Source of the DNA: an uncultured Acidobacteriota bacterium
GTDB taxonomy: Bacteria; Actinomycetota; Acidimicrobiia; Spongiisociales; ZC4RG35
Direction of reading: 5' to 3'
Assembly (NCBI GenBank): GCA_963828465.1
Contig: CAWHEU010000018.1
Coordinates: 32,001 to 96,000, forward strand
DNA: 64,000 nucleotides
A model generated the notes under the pieces. That model saw nothing but the letters and a program-made list of their open reading frames with translations, was not told where the DNA came from and did not search any database. A program made the translations under genes and the position numbers. How positions within the stretch are numbered: position 1 is the first letter of the stretch; each line of letters starts with the position of its first letter. Shown here in pieces: positions 41,963-51,865 of this stretch.

Positions 41963-42458
41963 GCAGGGGTACACCGTCCAGCATCTGGGCGCCGTTGAGG
42001 AAGGACAACTCGATGAAGACCGCGAACCCGACGACATCGGCGCCGATCTTCTTCAACAACCGAATTGCGGCGGCGGCTGTTCCGCCGGTGGCGATCACGT
42101 CGTCGACGAGGAGGACCTTCTCCCCCGGCTGAGCAGCGTCAGTGTGGATCTCGAGGGAATCCGTGCCATATTCCAGTGAGTAGTCCTCCCGGACCGTCTC
42201 ATAGGGCAGCTTTCCCGGCTTCCGAACCGGTATGAACCCTGCCCCGAGGAGACGGGCCACCGGGGTCGCCAGAGTGAAGCCCCTCGCCTCGATCCCCGCG
42301 ACCTTTGTCACCCCAGAGTCACGGAAAGGCTCAGCCATAGCCTCGACGAGAGTGGTGAAGGCAGCCGGATCTGCGAGGACCGGCGTGATGTCTTTGAAGA
42401 CGATCCCTGGCTCGGGGAAGTCGGGGATGTCGCGGATGAGCGCGCTGAGGTTGTCCAC
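41940..42458 (-). CDS. apt: adenine phosphoribosyltransferase
   Basis: IPDFPEPGIVFKDITP, EARGF, RKPGKLP, LEYG, DDVIATGGT. Confidence 0.98.
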   Translation of the reverse strand: MDNLSALIRDIPDFPEPGIVFKDITPVLADPAAFTTLVEAMAEPFRDSGVTKVAGIEARGFTLATPVARLLGAGFIPVRKPGKLPYETVREDYSLEYGTDSLEIHTDAAQPGEKVLLVDDVIATGGTAAAAIRLLKKIGADVVGFAVFIELSFLNGAQMLDGVPLHALVKYD

Positions 42459-42478
42459 CCGGGAAGTCTACGGCCGGA

Positions 42479-42793
42479 TCAGGAGGATTCGGCTTCTGGT
42501 TTGTCCGGGCCTACCCGGGTACCGACGGCTTTACGCGAGACCCGGATCTTCCCCTCCTCGACCCGGAGGACGACGCTCTCGTCGTCGACCGACACCACGA
42601 TGCCGTGGATCCCGCCAATGGTCCGAACCTCCTCACCGGGGCTGAGGGTCTTGGACAGCTCCTGCTGGGCCTTGGCGCGTTGACGCTGGGGCCGGATGAT
42701 GAACAACCAGAAGACGGCAACCATCAGCCCGAGGAAGAGCAGCGAGGGCAGCGGGCTCGCCGCGGTCTCCTGAGCAAGGACGAGATGGGTCAC
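42479..42793 (-). CDS. yajC: preprotein translocase subunit YajC
   Basis: GTG at 42793 after GGAGG; FWLFIIRPQRQRAK, GEEVRTIGGIHG. Confidence 0.95.
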   Translation of the reverse strand: MTHLVLAQETAASPLPSLLFLGLMVAVFWLFIIRPQRQRAKAQQELSKTLSPGEEVRTIGGIHGIVVSVDDESVVLRVEEGKIRVSRKAVGTRVGPDKPEAESS

Positions 42794-42848
42794 TGGATCC
42801 TCCAGATCGCGAGAGACGGACCCGCCGAGATTAGGCAACGGCAAGGGT

Positions 42849-43958
42849 CTAGGGCGAACCGTTGGCCCTGGCTGCGGCGACGCCACCCATGAAGTCGGAG
42901 AACGTCCCCGATTCGATGGCCTGGCGGGCGGAGCCGACCAAGTCCAGCGTGTATCGCAGGTTGTGGATCGTGAGGAGGCGATGGGCGGACAGCTCCTTCA
43001 CCCGGACCAGATGCCGCAAGTAGCCCCGGCTGTGAGTCCGACAGGTGTGGCAGGCGCAGTTTTCGTCGACAGGGCGATCGTCGGACTCGGACTCGGCGTT
43101 ACGGAGACTGAAGTCCCCGCGTCGGGTCAGGACCTTGCCGTGTCGGGCGAGCCGGGTGGGGAGGACGCAATCGAACATGTCCGCTCCTCTGGCGATCGCC
43201 TCGAGCAACCCATCTGTATCTCCCAACCCCATTACGTACCGAGGCTTGCCGTCGGGGAGCTCGGCGAAGCTTGCCTCCAGGGCGAGATGACGCTCGTCCC
43301 GGCCCTCACCGACCGAGAGCCCCCCGATCCCGAAACCAGGGAACCCGAGGGCGGCGGTTTGAGCTGCGCTCTTCGCTCTCAGATCGGGGTCGATTCCACC
43401 CTGGACTATCCCAAACAGAGCCTGATCTGCCTTGCTATGCGCGCGAAGGCAGCGTTCGGCCCAGCGCAGGGTCCGCTCCAGCTCGGCTTCGACCAGCTCG
43501 GGGGGCGCCGGGAGACCGACGCACACGTCCAGGGCCATGGCGATGTCGGGCGCCAGCTCCTCCTGAATCCGGATCGCGTCCTCAGGAGTGAGCTCGACAG
43601 ATGACCCGTCGTAGACGGAACGGAAGCGGGCACCGCCCTCCTCGATCACCGGCTCGAGGGAGAAGATCTGAAACCCGCCTGAGTCGGTGAGGATCGGCCC
43701 GTCCCACGCCATGAATTGGTGAAGCCCGCCCAGAGCCGCGATTCGCGACGACCCTGGCCGCAGCATCAGGTGGTAGGTATTGGCCAACACGATCTCCGCT
43801 CTGACTTCGGACAGGTCGCGACTGTCGACCGCCTTGACTGCTGCCCTGGTGCCCACCGGCATGAAAGCTGGTGTCGGGATCCGGCCGTGGGGGGTGTCGA
43901 GCCACCCAGAGCGCGCCTCCCCATCTTTCGACTGCAAGGTCCAGGTCACCGCGCTCAT
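42849..43958 (-). CDS. tgt: tRNA-guanine transglycosylase
   Basis: TPAFMPVGT, NTYHL, TDSGGFQ, GGLSVGE, DMFDCVLPTR, CACHTC. Confidence 0.98.
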   Translation of the reverse strand: MSAVTWTLQSKDGEARSGWLDTPHGRIPTPAFMPVGTRAAVKAVDSRDLSEVRAEIVLANTYHLMLRPGSSRIAALGGLHQFMAWDGPILTDSGGFQIFSLEPVIEEGGARFRSVYDGSSVELTPEDAIRIQEELAPDIAMALDVCVGLPAPPELVEAELERTLRWAERCLRAHSKADQALFGIVQGGIDPDLRAKSAAQTAALGFPGFGIGGLSVGEGRDERHLALEASFAELPDGKPRYVMGLGDTDGLLEAIARGADMFDCVLPTRLARHGKVLTRRGDFSLRNAESESDDRPVDENCACHTCRTHSRGYLRHLVRVKELSAHRLLTIHNLRYTLDLVGSARQAIESGTFSDFMGGVAAARANGSP

Positions 43959-43965
43959 TTAGTGA

Positions 43966-44970
43966 TTATCGCTCGGCCAGCATCGCATCCCCGAAGGAGA
44001 GAAATCGATACCCGCGTTCGAGTGCGATCCGATAGGCCTCCCGCCACCTGTCCCCCATGAACGCCGCCAGCAGGACCACGAGGGTGGAGCCCGGGACGTG
44101 GAAGTTGGTCACCAGGGCGTCGACCACCCGGAACTCGACACCGGGTGTGAGGAAGAGGTTCGTTTCACGTTCACCCGCCGCCACTGTCCCGGCCCCATCG
44201 GCAAATGACTCCAGCGTCCTCACCACGGTGGTGCCGATCGCCACCACCCGCCCTCCCCGGGCACGGGCGGAGTCGACTGAAGCTGCGGTCGACTCCGGGA
44301 TCGAGCACCACTCCGAGTGCATCACGTGCTCCTCGACGCTCTCGGTGGCGATGGGTCGAAACGTGTCGATTCCGACGTGAAGGTCGACGGGGGCGATCTC
44401 GATCTCCCGTTGCCGCAGACGGGTTGCCACCTCCTTGGTGAAATGAAGGCCGGCGGTGGGGGCGGCTGCCGAACCAATCGTGCGGGCGAACATCGTCTGG
44501 TACCGATCGGGATCGTCCAAGGTGCCCTGGAAGTAGGGCGGGAGCGGGACGTTCCCGGCGTTGGCTATGGCTGCCTCGACGTCGGGCGTCGCCAGGTCGA
44601 CCACGACCATCCCTTCATCGGGGCCGTCCACGATCGTGGCCGTGACGCCCTCGACCTCGATCACGATCCCCGGCCGCAGCCGTCGCGATGGCCGGGCCAG
44701 TGCCTCCCAAAGCCCGTCGGGGCGGGCCTCGAGCAGGAGCAACTCGACCGAACCGCCAGTGTCGGGGCGACGGCCGGCGAGCCGGGCCGCCCGGACCCTG
44801 GTCTCATTGACTACCACCAGGTCACCGGGCCGAAGTATCGATGGCAGGTCGAGGAAACGATGATCCGACATGTCACGGGTGTCCAGGAGTCGGGAGGCGT
44901 GACGGGGCTCGATCGCCTCCTGGGCGATGGCCGACTCCGGGAGCGGGTATTTGAAATCCTCGACCCTCAT
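43966..44970 (-). CDS. queA: S-adenosylmethionine:tRNA ribosyltransferase-isomerase
   Basis: PLPPY, YQT, AAPTAGLHFT, GTTVVRTLES, TNFH, YRFLSFGDAM. Confidence 0.98.
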   Translation of the reverse strand: MRVEDFKYPLPESAIAQEAIEPRHASRLLDTRDMSDHRFLDLPSILRPGDLVVVNETRVRAARLAGRRPDTGGSVELLLLEARPDGLWEALARPSRRLRPGIVIEVEGVTATIVDGPDEGMVVVDLATPDVEAAIANAGNVPLPPYFQGTLDDPDRYQTMFARTIGSAAAPTAGLHFTKEVATRLRQREIEIAPVDLHVGIDTFRPIATESVEEHVMHSEWCSIPESTAASVDSARARGGRVVAIGTTVVRTLESFADGAGTVAAGERETNLFLTPGVEFRVVDALVTNFHVPGSTLVVLLAAFMGDRWREAYRIALERGYRFLSFGDAMLAER

Positions 44971-44981
44971 CGAGATGGAGG

Positions 44982-46001
44982 CTAGAGAAGCGTCCCCTGG
45001 GGATCGGCGGGCGGTTCCTGGCCGAGGTGGGTGTAGGCGCGAGCGGTGGCCATGCGGCCCCGTGGAGTGCGTTTGATCAACCCGGACTGGAGCAGGAACG
45101 GCTCGTAGGCGTCCTCGACCGTCTCCGGCTCCTCGCCGACGGCGATGGCGAGAGTCGAGAGCCCGACGGGCCCGCCACCGAACTTGTCGATGATCGACTC
45201 GAGGATCGCCCGGTCAACCTTGTCCAGACCGAGGTCGTCGACCTCGAACACCCGCAATGCCTCGTTGGCGACTTCGGGGTCGATGACACCTGACGCCCTG
45301 GACACTGCGTAGTCCCTGACCCGGGCAAGGAGTCTGTTGGCAATGCGCGGCGTCCATCGGCTGCGATGAGAGATGATCCCGGCTGCATCCTCCGAGATCT
45401 CCACACCGATGATGCCGGCCGATCGACGAATGATGACAGCGAGCTCGTCTGGCGAGTAGTAGTCGAGCTTCTCCTCGATCCCGAACCGGTCCCGAAGCGG
45501 CGCCGTCACGGTGCCCTTCCGCGTGGTGGCTCCGACCAGTGTGAACTGCGGGAGGTCGAGGCGGATCGACTGGGCGGTGGGGCCTTTGCCAAGCACGATG
45601 TCGAGCTGGAAGTCCTCCATCGCCGGATAGAGCACTTCCTCGACTGCTCGGGGCAGCCGGTGGATCTCATCGATGAAGAAGACATCGCCCGTGTCGAGGT
45701 TGGAGAGGATCGCGGCGAGATCGCCGGGCCGGTCCAGGGCTGGTCCCGAAGTGACCCGCATCTTCACCTCCAGCTCGTTGGCGATGACTCCGGCCAGCGT
45801 CGTCTTCCCGAGCCCGGGGGGGCCGGAGAAGAGAACATGATCCAGGGGTCTCTTCTCTTTGCGCGCAGCGTCCAAAGAGATCTCGAGACGCTCTCGCACC
45901 CGATCCTGCCCGATGAACTCGTCGAGACGCTTTGGGCGGAGAGTGATCTCCTCGTCGGTCTCGATCGTCGGGTTCAAGAGGGAGTCCTCACGCATGGTCA
46001 A
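44982..46001 (-). CDS. ruvB: Holliday junction branch migration helicase RuvB
   Basis: [41 protein letters not shown]. Confidence 0.98.
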   Translation of the reverse strand: MTMREDSLLNPTIETDEEITLRPKRLDEFIGQDRVRERLEISLDAARKEKRPLDHVLFSGPPGLGKTTLAGVIANELEVKMRVTSGPALDRPGDLAAILSNLDTGDVFFIDEIHRLPRAVEEVLYPAMEDFQLDIVLGKGPTAQSIRLDLPQFTLVGATTRKGTVTAPLRDRFGIEEKLDYYSPDELAVIIRRSAGIIGVEISEDAAGIISHRSRWTPRIANRLLARVRDYAVSRASGVIDPEVANEALRVFEVDDLGLDKVDRAILESIIDKFGGGPVGLSTLAIAVGEEPETVEDAYEPFLLQSGLIKRTPRGRMATARAYTHLGQEPPADPQGTLL

Positions 46002-46567
46002 CCCCTGCCCAGGGCGCGGAGAGCGGCCTTGATCTGGGTCTCAATGGCGGAATCCGGGTCCAGTTCGCCCATGACCCCGTTGATCTCTTCAGTCGAATAG
46101 CCCAAGCCTTCCAATGCCTGACGAACCGTCACGAGACTGGTCGAGCCGACCACCTCGGCGTCAATGCCGGCCAGCTTGGGCGCCAGCTCGAGCACGATCT
46201 TCTGCGCCCCGCGTTTCCCCACTCCGGGGACGACAGTGAGCGCGTCGGCGTCTTCGGTGACGATGCTGCGAACGATCTCCTGGTGGGTCATGGTTCCCAG
46301 GATGGACATCGCCAGCTTGGGCCCGACTCCGCCGGCCCCCAGCAGGATCCGGAACAGGTCGCGATCTGCCTCGGCGCCAAACCCGTAGAGGCTCAAATCG
46401 TCCTCACGCACGTGGGTGTGGGTGTGCACCACGACTTCCTCACCAATGCCAGGCAGGGCCGCGACACCCCGTGGGGTCATGCTCACGTCATAACCCACAC
46501 CCCCCACCTCGACGCAGACCACTTCTCCACGTCTCGAAACGAGGACACCACGCAGACGGCCGATCAT
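45998..46567 (-). CDS. ruvA: Holliday junction DNA-binding protein RuvA
   Basis: [46 protein letters not shown]. Confidence 0.97.
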   Translation of the reverse strand: MIGRLRGVLVSRRGEVVCVEVGGVGYDVSMTPRGVAALPGIGEEVVVHTHTHVREDDLSLYGFGAEADRDLFRILLGAGGVGPKLAMSILGTMTHQEIVRSIVTEDADALTVVPGVGKRGAQKIVLELAPKLAGIDAEVVGSTSLVTVRQALEGLGYSTEEINGVMGELDPDSAIETQIKAALRALGRG

Positions 46568-47046
46568 CTTGCTCTCTCCAATGGTGCAGCTCGGAGATGA
46601 CAGAGGGCGATGGCCAGGGCGTCGGCCGCGTCGGCAGGCCGGGGAGGCTCCGCCAAACGGAGCAAGCGGGCCACCATTTGTTGGATCTGCTTCTTGGACG
46701 CCGATCCGTCGCCGGTGATCGCCGACTTGACTGCGGTCGGCGCGTATTCGGACACGTCGAGACCGGCCCTGGCGGCCACCAGCAGGGCAACGCCCGACGC
46801 TCGGCCAACCGAGATCGCTGTCTGCAGGTTTTGATTGGTGAACACCGACTCCACGGCTACCACGTCGGGCCTCGATTCTTCGATCACCTGGGTCAGCCCG
46901 ATGAACAGCTCGGCAAGTCTCTCTGCCATCGGCGACGTGGGATCGGTGCGGATCACACCGGCGAGCACGGCGGTGGGTGGGTGCCCGCCCTCTACCACCC
47001 CGTACCCGGTGGCGGACAGACCGGGGTCGATGCCCATGACGAACAT
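46564..47046 (-). CDS. ruvC: crossover junction endodeoxyribonuclease RuvC
   Basis: True start MFVMGIDPGLSATGYGVV; AVESVF, VKSAITG, DAADALAIALCH. Confidence 0.97.
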   Translation of the reverse strand: MFVMGIDPGLSATGYGVVEGGHPPTAVLAGVIRTDPTSPMAERLAELFIGLTQVIEESRPDVVAVESVFTNQNLQTAISVGRASGVALLVAARAGLDVSEYAPTAVKSAITGDGSASKKQIQQMVARLLRLAEPPRPADAADALAIALCHLRAAPLERAR

Positions 47047-47062
47047 ATGTTTGGCGAGATTA
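47040..47062 (-). promoter_or_regulatory. LexA (SOS) box over the ruvC start codon, plus -10 TAATCT
   Basis: CGAAC-ATAT-GTTTG at 47040-47053 (one mismatch to CGAAC-N4-GTTCG); -10 at 47057-47062. Confidence 0.75.
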
Positions 47063-47217
47063 GGCGGGTGCCGCCTCGATGCCGATGATTTGCGGTGATA
47101 CGTCGGAGGCGAAACGTTCCCCGACGACGAGAGGTCGGGTCCGCCGTCCTGGGAAATAACGAGCTCAACCTGTAACCAGAGTCGCCGCAGTGAGCCACAC
47201 ACTGATAGGTTGGCCGA

Positions 47218-48138
47218 ATGCGATTGACGAGAGAGTTGCTCGACCAGCTGGTGGGTGAGCGGACTTTCTGGCATTGGCAATTCGGGGCGGACGGGTTGGC
47301 GAAGCGGACAAGCAACTTCGCGCCGACAGAGGTCGCGTTCAGGGGCATGACCGCGGCTCGTTCCATCTCGGACCACCGATCCGAGCAGGCCGCGGATCTC
47401 GGACGTGACCAACCAATCATGGTCGTCCGTGACCAGGATCGTCGGGTCGACCTGTACGAATTCATCAACGACGCCGAACTTCTGGACAGACTGTCGATTC
47501 AGGAACGAGCGGCTCTCGACTCCATGGAACCGTGGCAGGCTTCCAACCATCTCAACCGGCTTCGATACGAAGCCGCCAAGGAAGACGCTCTTCTCCTCAT
47601 CGATTTCATCAATGCGATCGCCGGAGCCGGCTATGCCGAAGGCTACGTCCACGGAAAGGACGGAGTGGAGAATCAGGACGGCGTACCCCGATACGTCAAG
47701 GTTCCGTGGATCGAGCGCGACGAGTACGAGACGTGGGATCAATTCCAGCGTCGGCTCAACGACGAGGGTGACCAGGCCCAAGCCGAGCAACATGCCCGAG
47801 CAGAGGACTTCCGGGAGACATTCGACGATCGTGTCGGCGCACTGCTCGGCAACGTCACAGACGAGTCCCCGGTCACCCGAAAACAGTTGGCTGAGATAGT
47901 CGGTGTCAAGCCCAACTCGAGCATCGTGGGGACCTTGCTGCCCCGACCCGACCAGCCATCGAAAGGTCGCTATCCGGCGGTCTGGAATTGGGGAAGCGTC
48001 AAGGCATACGCATGGACCAAGGCTCTGCAACAGCATTTCATGAGCCTGGGCGATGACCGACACAAAGCGAGCTATGTTTCCAAGCGGATCGTCGCCGACG
48101 AGGCGCCCGACGCCGACATCATCCCGATTCCCGATTAG
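47218..48138 (+). CDS. hypothetical protein, 306 aa, possible C-terminal AlpA/Xis-like HTH
   Basis: Long ORF with protein-like composition; TGaTAGGTT 6 nt before the ATG; VTRKQLAEIVGV...LPRP...VWNWGSVKAY. Confidence 0.8.
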   Translation: MRLTRELLDQLVGERTFWHWQFGADGLAKRTSNFAPTEVAFRGMTAARSISDHRSEQAADLGRDQPIMVVRDQDRRVDLYEFINDAELLDRLSIQERAALDSMEPWQASNHLNRLRYEAAKEDALLLIDFINAIAGAGYAEGYVHGKDGVENQDGVPRYVKVPWIERDEYETWDQFQRRLNDEGDQAQAEQHARAEDFRETFDDRVGALLGNVTDESPVTRKQLAEIVGVKPNSSIVGTLLPRPDQPSKGRYPAVWNWGSVKAYAWTKALQQHFMSLGDDRHKASYVSKRIVADEAPDADIIPIPD

Positions 48139-48239
48139 ACCGCGACCTCATCCCTCGCCTGGGTGGAGGGAACGCTGATCCCACTTGGCGTGGGCACGAT
48201 TGCCTAGGATCTCCCTAGTCGCCCAGAGAAGGAGCTGTC

Positions 48240-48554
48240 ATGGATTGGCTCAGCACGATCATCGGCGCGTTGGTAGCAGGCATCATCATCGGGCCTCTCG
48301 CCCGTCTGGTTTTGCCCGGCAAGCAGAACATCTCGATGGGGATGACCATTCTGGTCGGTGCGGTTGGCGCGCTCGTGGGTGGTCTGGTGGCCGATTGGCT
48401 GAATATCGGGACGACGGAGGGCACAACGGCCGGTATCGACTGGATCAAGCTCGGCATTCAGGTGGCCGTGGCCGCCGTGTTGGTCATCGCCTACGGGTCG
48501 ATGGCCGGAAGAGGCGCGAGCACCACCACGACCCCACCGCCCCCGGCAACCTGA
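48240..48554 (+). CDS. GlsB/YeaQ/YmgE family stress-response membrane protein
   Basis: IIGPLARLVLPGKQNISMGMTILVGAVGALVGG, GIDWI; SD AAGGAG. Confidence 0.88.
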   Translation: MDWLSTIIGALVAGIIIGPLARLVLPGKQNISMGMTILVGAVGALVGGLVADWLNIGTTEGTTAGIDWIKLGIQVAVAAVLVIAYGSMAGRGASTTTTPPPPAT

Positions 48555-48570
48555 GCGGCGGCGCTTTCGG

Positions 48571-49320
48571 TCAGACCTCTTCGAGGACGCGCTCCATGAC
48601 GTCGTCGTCGATGTCGTAGTTCGCATACACCGCCTGAACATCGTCTAGATCGTCCAAGGCGTCTATCAGACGGAGCAGCTTGCGCGCCTCCCCTTCACCA
48701 ACCGGGACCGTGGTCGAGGGGAGCTGCGTTACATCGGCGGAGTCGATCTCCAGACCCGACTCACCAAGGGCGGTCCGGACCTGCTGAACGTCACCCGGCG
48801 AGGTAATGACCTCGAACCACCCGTCACCTGCGTCGCGGATGTCCTCGGCCCCCGAGTCGAGGGCCACCAGCATGACATCGTCCTCGGTACCTTTCACGTG
48901 GATCAAGCCCTTCTGATGAAAGAGGTAACCGACCGAACCGGGCTCGCCCAGGTTTCCGCCGCTTCTTGTGAACGTGGAGCGGACGTCTGAAGCAGCCCTG
49001 TTCCTGTTGTCGGTGAGGATCTGCACGTAGAGCGCTACGCCTCCGGGGCCGTACCCCTCGTACCAGATCTCCTCATAGTGGGCCCCCTCGACCTCGCCGG
49101 TGCCCCGCTTGACCGCACGGTCGATGTTGTCGTTGGGCATCGAAGCCACCTTTGCCTTGTAGATGGCGGTGGCGAGTGTCGGGTTGAAGTCCGGATTGCC
49201 GCCTCCCTCGCGTGCCGCGATCTCAATCGCCTTGGCGAGCTTGCCGAACAGCTTGCCTCGTGCCGCGTCCTGGCGACCTTTGCGGTGCTTGATGTTCGCC
49301 CACTTGGAATGGCCCGACAC
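48571..49320 (-). CDS. yebC: YebC/PmpR family protein
   Basis: MSGHSKWANIKHRK, YEGYGPGG, TDNRNR, DDVQAVYAN. Confidence 0.97.
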   Translation of the reverse strand: MSGHSKWANIKHRKGRQDAARGKLFGKLAKAIEIAAREGGGNPDFNPTLATAIYKAKVASMPNDNIDRAVKRGTGEVEGAHYEEIWYEGYGPGGVALYVQILTDNRNRAASDVRSTFTRSGGNLGEPGSVGYLFHQKGLIHVKGTEDDVMLVALDSGAEDIRDAGDGWFEVITSPGDVQQVRTALGESGLEIDSADVTQLPSTTVPVGEGEARKLLRLIDALDDLDDVQAVYANYDIDDDVMERVLEEV

Positions 49321-49327
49321 GGGTACC

Positions 49328-49891
49328 TCAGATCAGATCGATCAAGAGTTGGTGGATCCGGGCGTCTCCGGTCAACTCGGGATGGAAGGAGGTGCCGATG
49401 ATCTTGCCCTGACGAACCATGACCGGGTGCTCGTCGATGTCAGCGAGGACCTCCACATCGGCTCCAACTTTCTCGACCCAGGGAGCGCGGATGAAGACGG
49501 CGTGGAAAGGCTGATCCAGGCCATCGACTTCGAGATCCTCTTCGAAAGACTCGTTCTGCCGTCCGAAGGCGTTACGTCGAACCACGACGTCCAGGACGCC
49601 CAGAAGCGGCTGGTCGCCGTCGGTCACCGCGCCGGCCAGCAGAATGAGCCCGGCACAGGTGCCGTAGGTGGGGAGCCCATCTTCGATCGATCTACGGAGA
49701 GGCTCGATCAAGCCGAAGCGAACAGCCATCTTGCCGATGGTGGTCGACTCCCCTCCCGGGATCACCAGAGCGTCGATCGCCCCGAGTTCGTCCGGCGTCT
49801 TGACCGGTGCCGCCGCCACACCAAGCGATTCGAGAGTGTGGAGATGCTCCCGGACGTCCCCCTGAAGAGCAAGGACGCCAACGGTGGTCAT
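49328..49891 (-). CDS. pdxT: PLP synthase glutaminase subunit
   Basis: Start MTTVGVLALQGDVREH; PGGEST, GTCAG, RNAFGRQ, FIRAP, FHPEL. Confidence 0.97.
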   Translation of the reverse strand: MTTVGVLALQGDVREHLHTLESLGVAAAPVKTPDELGAIDALVIPGGESTTIGKMAVRFGLIEPLRRSIEDGLPTYGTCAGLILLAGAVTDGDQPLLGVLDVVVRRNAFGRQNESFEEDLEVDGLDQPFHAVFIRAPWVEKVGADVEVLADIDEHPVMVRQGKIIGTSFHPELTGDARIHQLLIDLI

Positions 49892-49892
49892 C

Positions 49893-50789
49893 TCACCATC
49901 CCCGCTCGGCGAGACGCTCCGTGTCCCTGAGGGTGTCCATCTCGATTCCAGGCATGGCCTCGCCGAGGCCGCGCGAGACCTTCGCCACCACCTCGGGCTC
50001 GTTCCAAAAAGTGGTCGCTTCGACGATTGCCCGGGCATAGGCCTCTGGTCCGGAGCTCTTGAAGATCCCCGACCCAACGAACACGCCATCGACGCCGAGC
50101 GACATCATCAGGGCTGCATCGGCAGGAGTTGCGATGCCGCCTGCGGCGAAGTTGACCACTGGCAGTTTCCCGGTTGAAGCGACCTCACGGACCAGGTCGA
50201 AGGGGGCCCCGTGGTCACGAGCGGCAGACATCAGCTGCGCCTCGTCCCTGGTCGTCAGCGCTCGCAACTCGTTGGTCACTGTTCGCATGTGACGCACCGC
50301 TTCGACGACATTGCCGGTGCCCGCCTCCCCCTTGGTTCGGATCATCGCCGCGCCTTCACCGATGCGTCTCAGGGCTTCGCCCAGATTGCGGGCCCCACAG
50401 ACGAACGGGGTGGTGAACGCCCATTTGTCGACGTGGTGTTCCTCGTCGGCAGGTGTGAGCACTTCGGATTCGTCGATGAAGTCGACATCCAGGGCCTGGA
50501 GCACCGATGCCTCGGCGAAATGACCAATCCGGCACTTGGCCATGACCGGGATCGTCACCGAGGCCTGGATCTCTTCGATCTTGGTCGGGTCCGCCATCCG
50601 AGCGACACCACCGTGCTTGCGAATGTCAGATGGGACCCGTTCCAGGGCCATCACCGCGACGGCGCCTGCCTCTTCGGCGATCTTTGCCTCATCGGCGGTG
50701 ACGACATCCATGATGACTCCGCCCTTGAGCATCTCGGCGAGGCCTCTCTTGACGCGATCTGTACCGGTTTCCACTTCTCTCGGCTCCAT
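49893..50789 (-). CDS. pdxS: PLP synthase lyase subunit
   Basis: [39 protein letters not shown]. Confidence 0.99.
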   Translation of the reverse strand: MEPREVETGTDRVKRGLAEMLKGGVIMDVVTADEAKIAEEAGAVAVMALERVPSDIRKHGGVARMADPTKIEEIQASVTIPVMAKCRIGHFAEASVLQALDVDFIDESEVLTPADEEHHVDKWAFTTPFVCGARNLGEALRRIGEGAAMIRTKGEAGTGNVVEAVRHMRTVTNELRALTTRDEAQLMSAARDHGAPFDLVREVASTGKLPVVNFAAGGIATPADAALMMSLGVDGVFVGSGIFKSSGPEAYARAIVEATTFWNEPEVVAKVSRGLGEAMPGIEMDTLRDTERLAERGW

Positions 50790-50827
50790 TGGGGTAACTC
50801 CGATTGTACAGGCTCGCCTTCGCTGCC

Positions 50828-51865
50828 CTAAGCGACCACCTCGTCGTAGAGCTCGCGATACACGCCCCCAATGACACTCCAGTCGTGTTCCTCGGCGACC
50901 CGCCGGCCGTCCTCTGCCAGCCGGCCTCGCTCGGCGGCGTCCCCGAGCAGGTCGATCACGGCGTCGGCCAGTGCCCCGCTGTCCCCGACAGGGAAGAATC
51001 GGGCGGCGTCCCCGGCCAGTTCACGAAAGGGCTGGAGATCCGAGGCGACGACCGCGGCGCCGGCCGCCATTGCCTCCAGCAGGACGATCCCGAATGATTC
51101 GCCCCCGATCTGTGGTGCGACGTACACCGATGACGAGCTCAGCTGCGTGGCTTTGGTGCCCTCGTCCACCCTTCCCATCCAGGTCGGCCCGGTCAAGTCT
51201 CGCTGCGCTCCAATGACCACCAGCCTGGACTCTGGTCGAGCGGTCTCGATCTTCTCCCATGCCTCCAGGAGGACATCGAGGCCCTTTCTCGGCTCGTCCC
51301 GACCGAGGAACGCCACCTTCCCGGGGTCACGACGGGCTTCGACCCTCATCGAGGCCACATCCAGCCCGTTGGGAATGATTCGGACCTCGAGGCGGCCCTT
51401 TGGGAGGACGTCGGCCGCGGCATGACTGACCGCCGTCACGATGCTGGTGTTACCCAGCAGCCTGCTCAGGAGGGGGCGGGTCATGCGATATCCGAGACGA
51501 CCGACCCGACCGGGAGCGGCGTGAAATGTGGCCACCACCGGGGGCCCGGCATGGGTGGCGAGCAACGACGCCAGTGGCATGAGCGGCTCGTGGACGTGAA
51601 GCAGATCTAAATCCGACGAGGCGGCTCTGATCCGTCTCCGGGATCTCGGGTCTCCCACGATGGGGACCATGGATCCGTTGCCGGGTATTGAGATGCTCTC
51701 GCCGAGATCGACACCCGGCAGGCCGTCGGGCAGTCCGGGACCGATCACGACAGGATCGTCGCCCCAGGTCCTGAGATAGGCAGCCAGGCCGAGGACCTGG
51801 GCCTGGACCCCGCCAGGGACCGAGAGGTCGTAAGGGCTGACCAGACCGATTCGCAAAGCGCTCAT
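50828..51865 (-). CDS. pimA: phosphatidylinositol alpha-mannosyltransferase (GT4)
   Basis: [41 protein letters not shown]; follows pgsA and the acyltransferase. Confidence 0.9.
   Translation of the reverse strand: MSALRIGLVSPYDLSVPGGVQAQVLGLAAYLRTWGDDPVVIGPGLPDGLPGVDLGESISIPGNGSMVPIVGDPRSRRRIRAASSDLDLLHVHEPLMPLASLLATHAGPPVVATFHAAPGRVGRLGYRMTRPLLSRLLGNTSIVTAVSHAAADVLPKGRLEVRIIPNGLDVASMRVEARRDPGKVAFLGRDEPRKGLDVLLEAWEKIETARPESRLVVIGAQRDLTGPTWMGRVDEGTKATQLSSSSVYVAPQIGGESFGIVLLEAMAAGAAVVASDLQPFRELAGDAARFFPVGDSGALADAVIDLLGDAAERGRLAEDGRRVAEEHDWSVIGGVYRELYDEVVA

Noticed and set aside
45345-45362. RuvB sensor region reads SRWTPR instead of SRGTPR
   Set aside because: This position varies in some lineages, the TPR residues are intact, and nothing else suggests altered function.
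46564-48063. 499-aa ORF suggesting RuvC with a 339-aa N-terminal extension
   Set aside because: The extension is the antisense shadow of the + strand gene 47218-48138. RuvC homology, a -10 box and the SOS box all place the start at 47046.
48151-48218. Three short hairpins (TCCCTC/GAGGGA, CCCAC/GTGGG, CTAGG/CCTAG) after the orphan gene as a possible ncRNA
   Set aside because: Stems of 5-6 bp are expected by chance at high GC; more simply a terminator plus the promoter for the GlsB-family gene.
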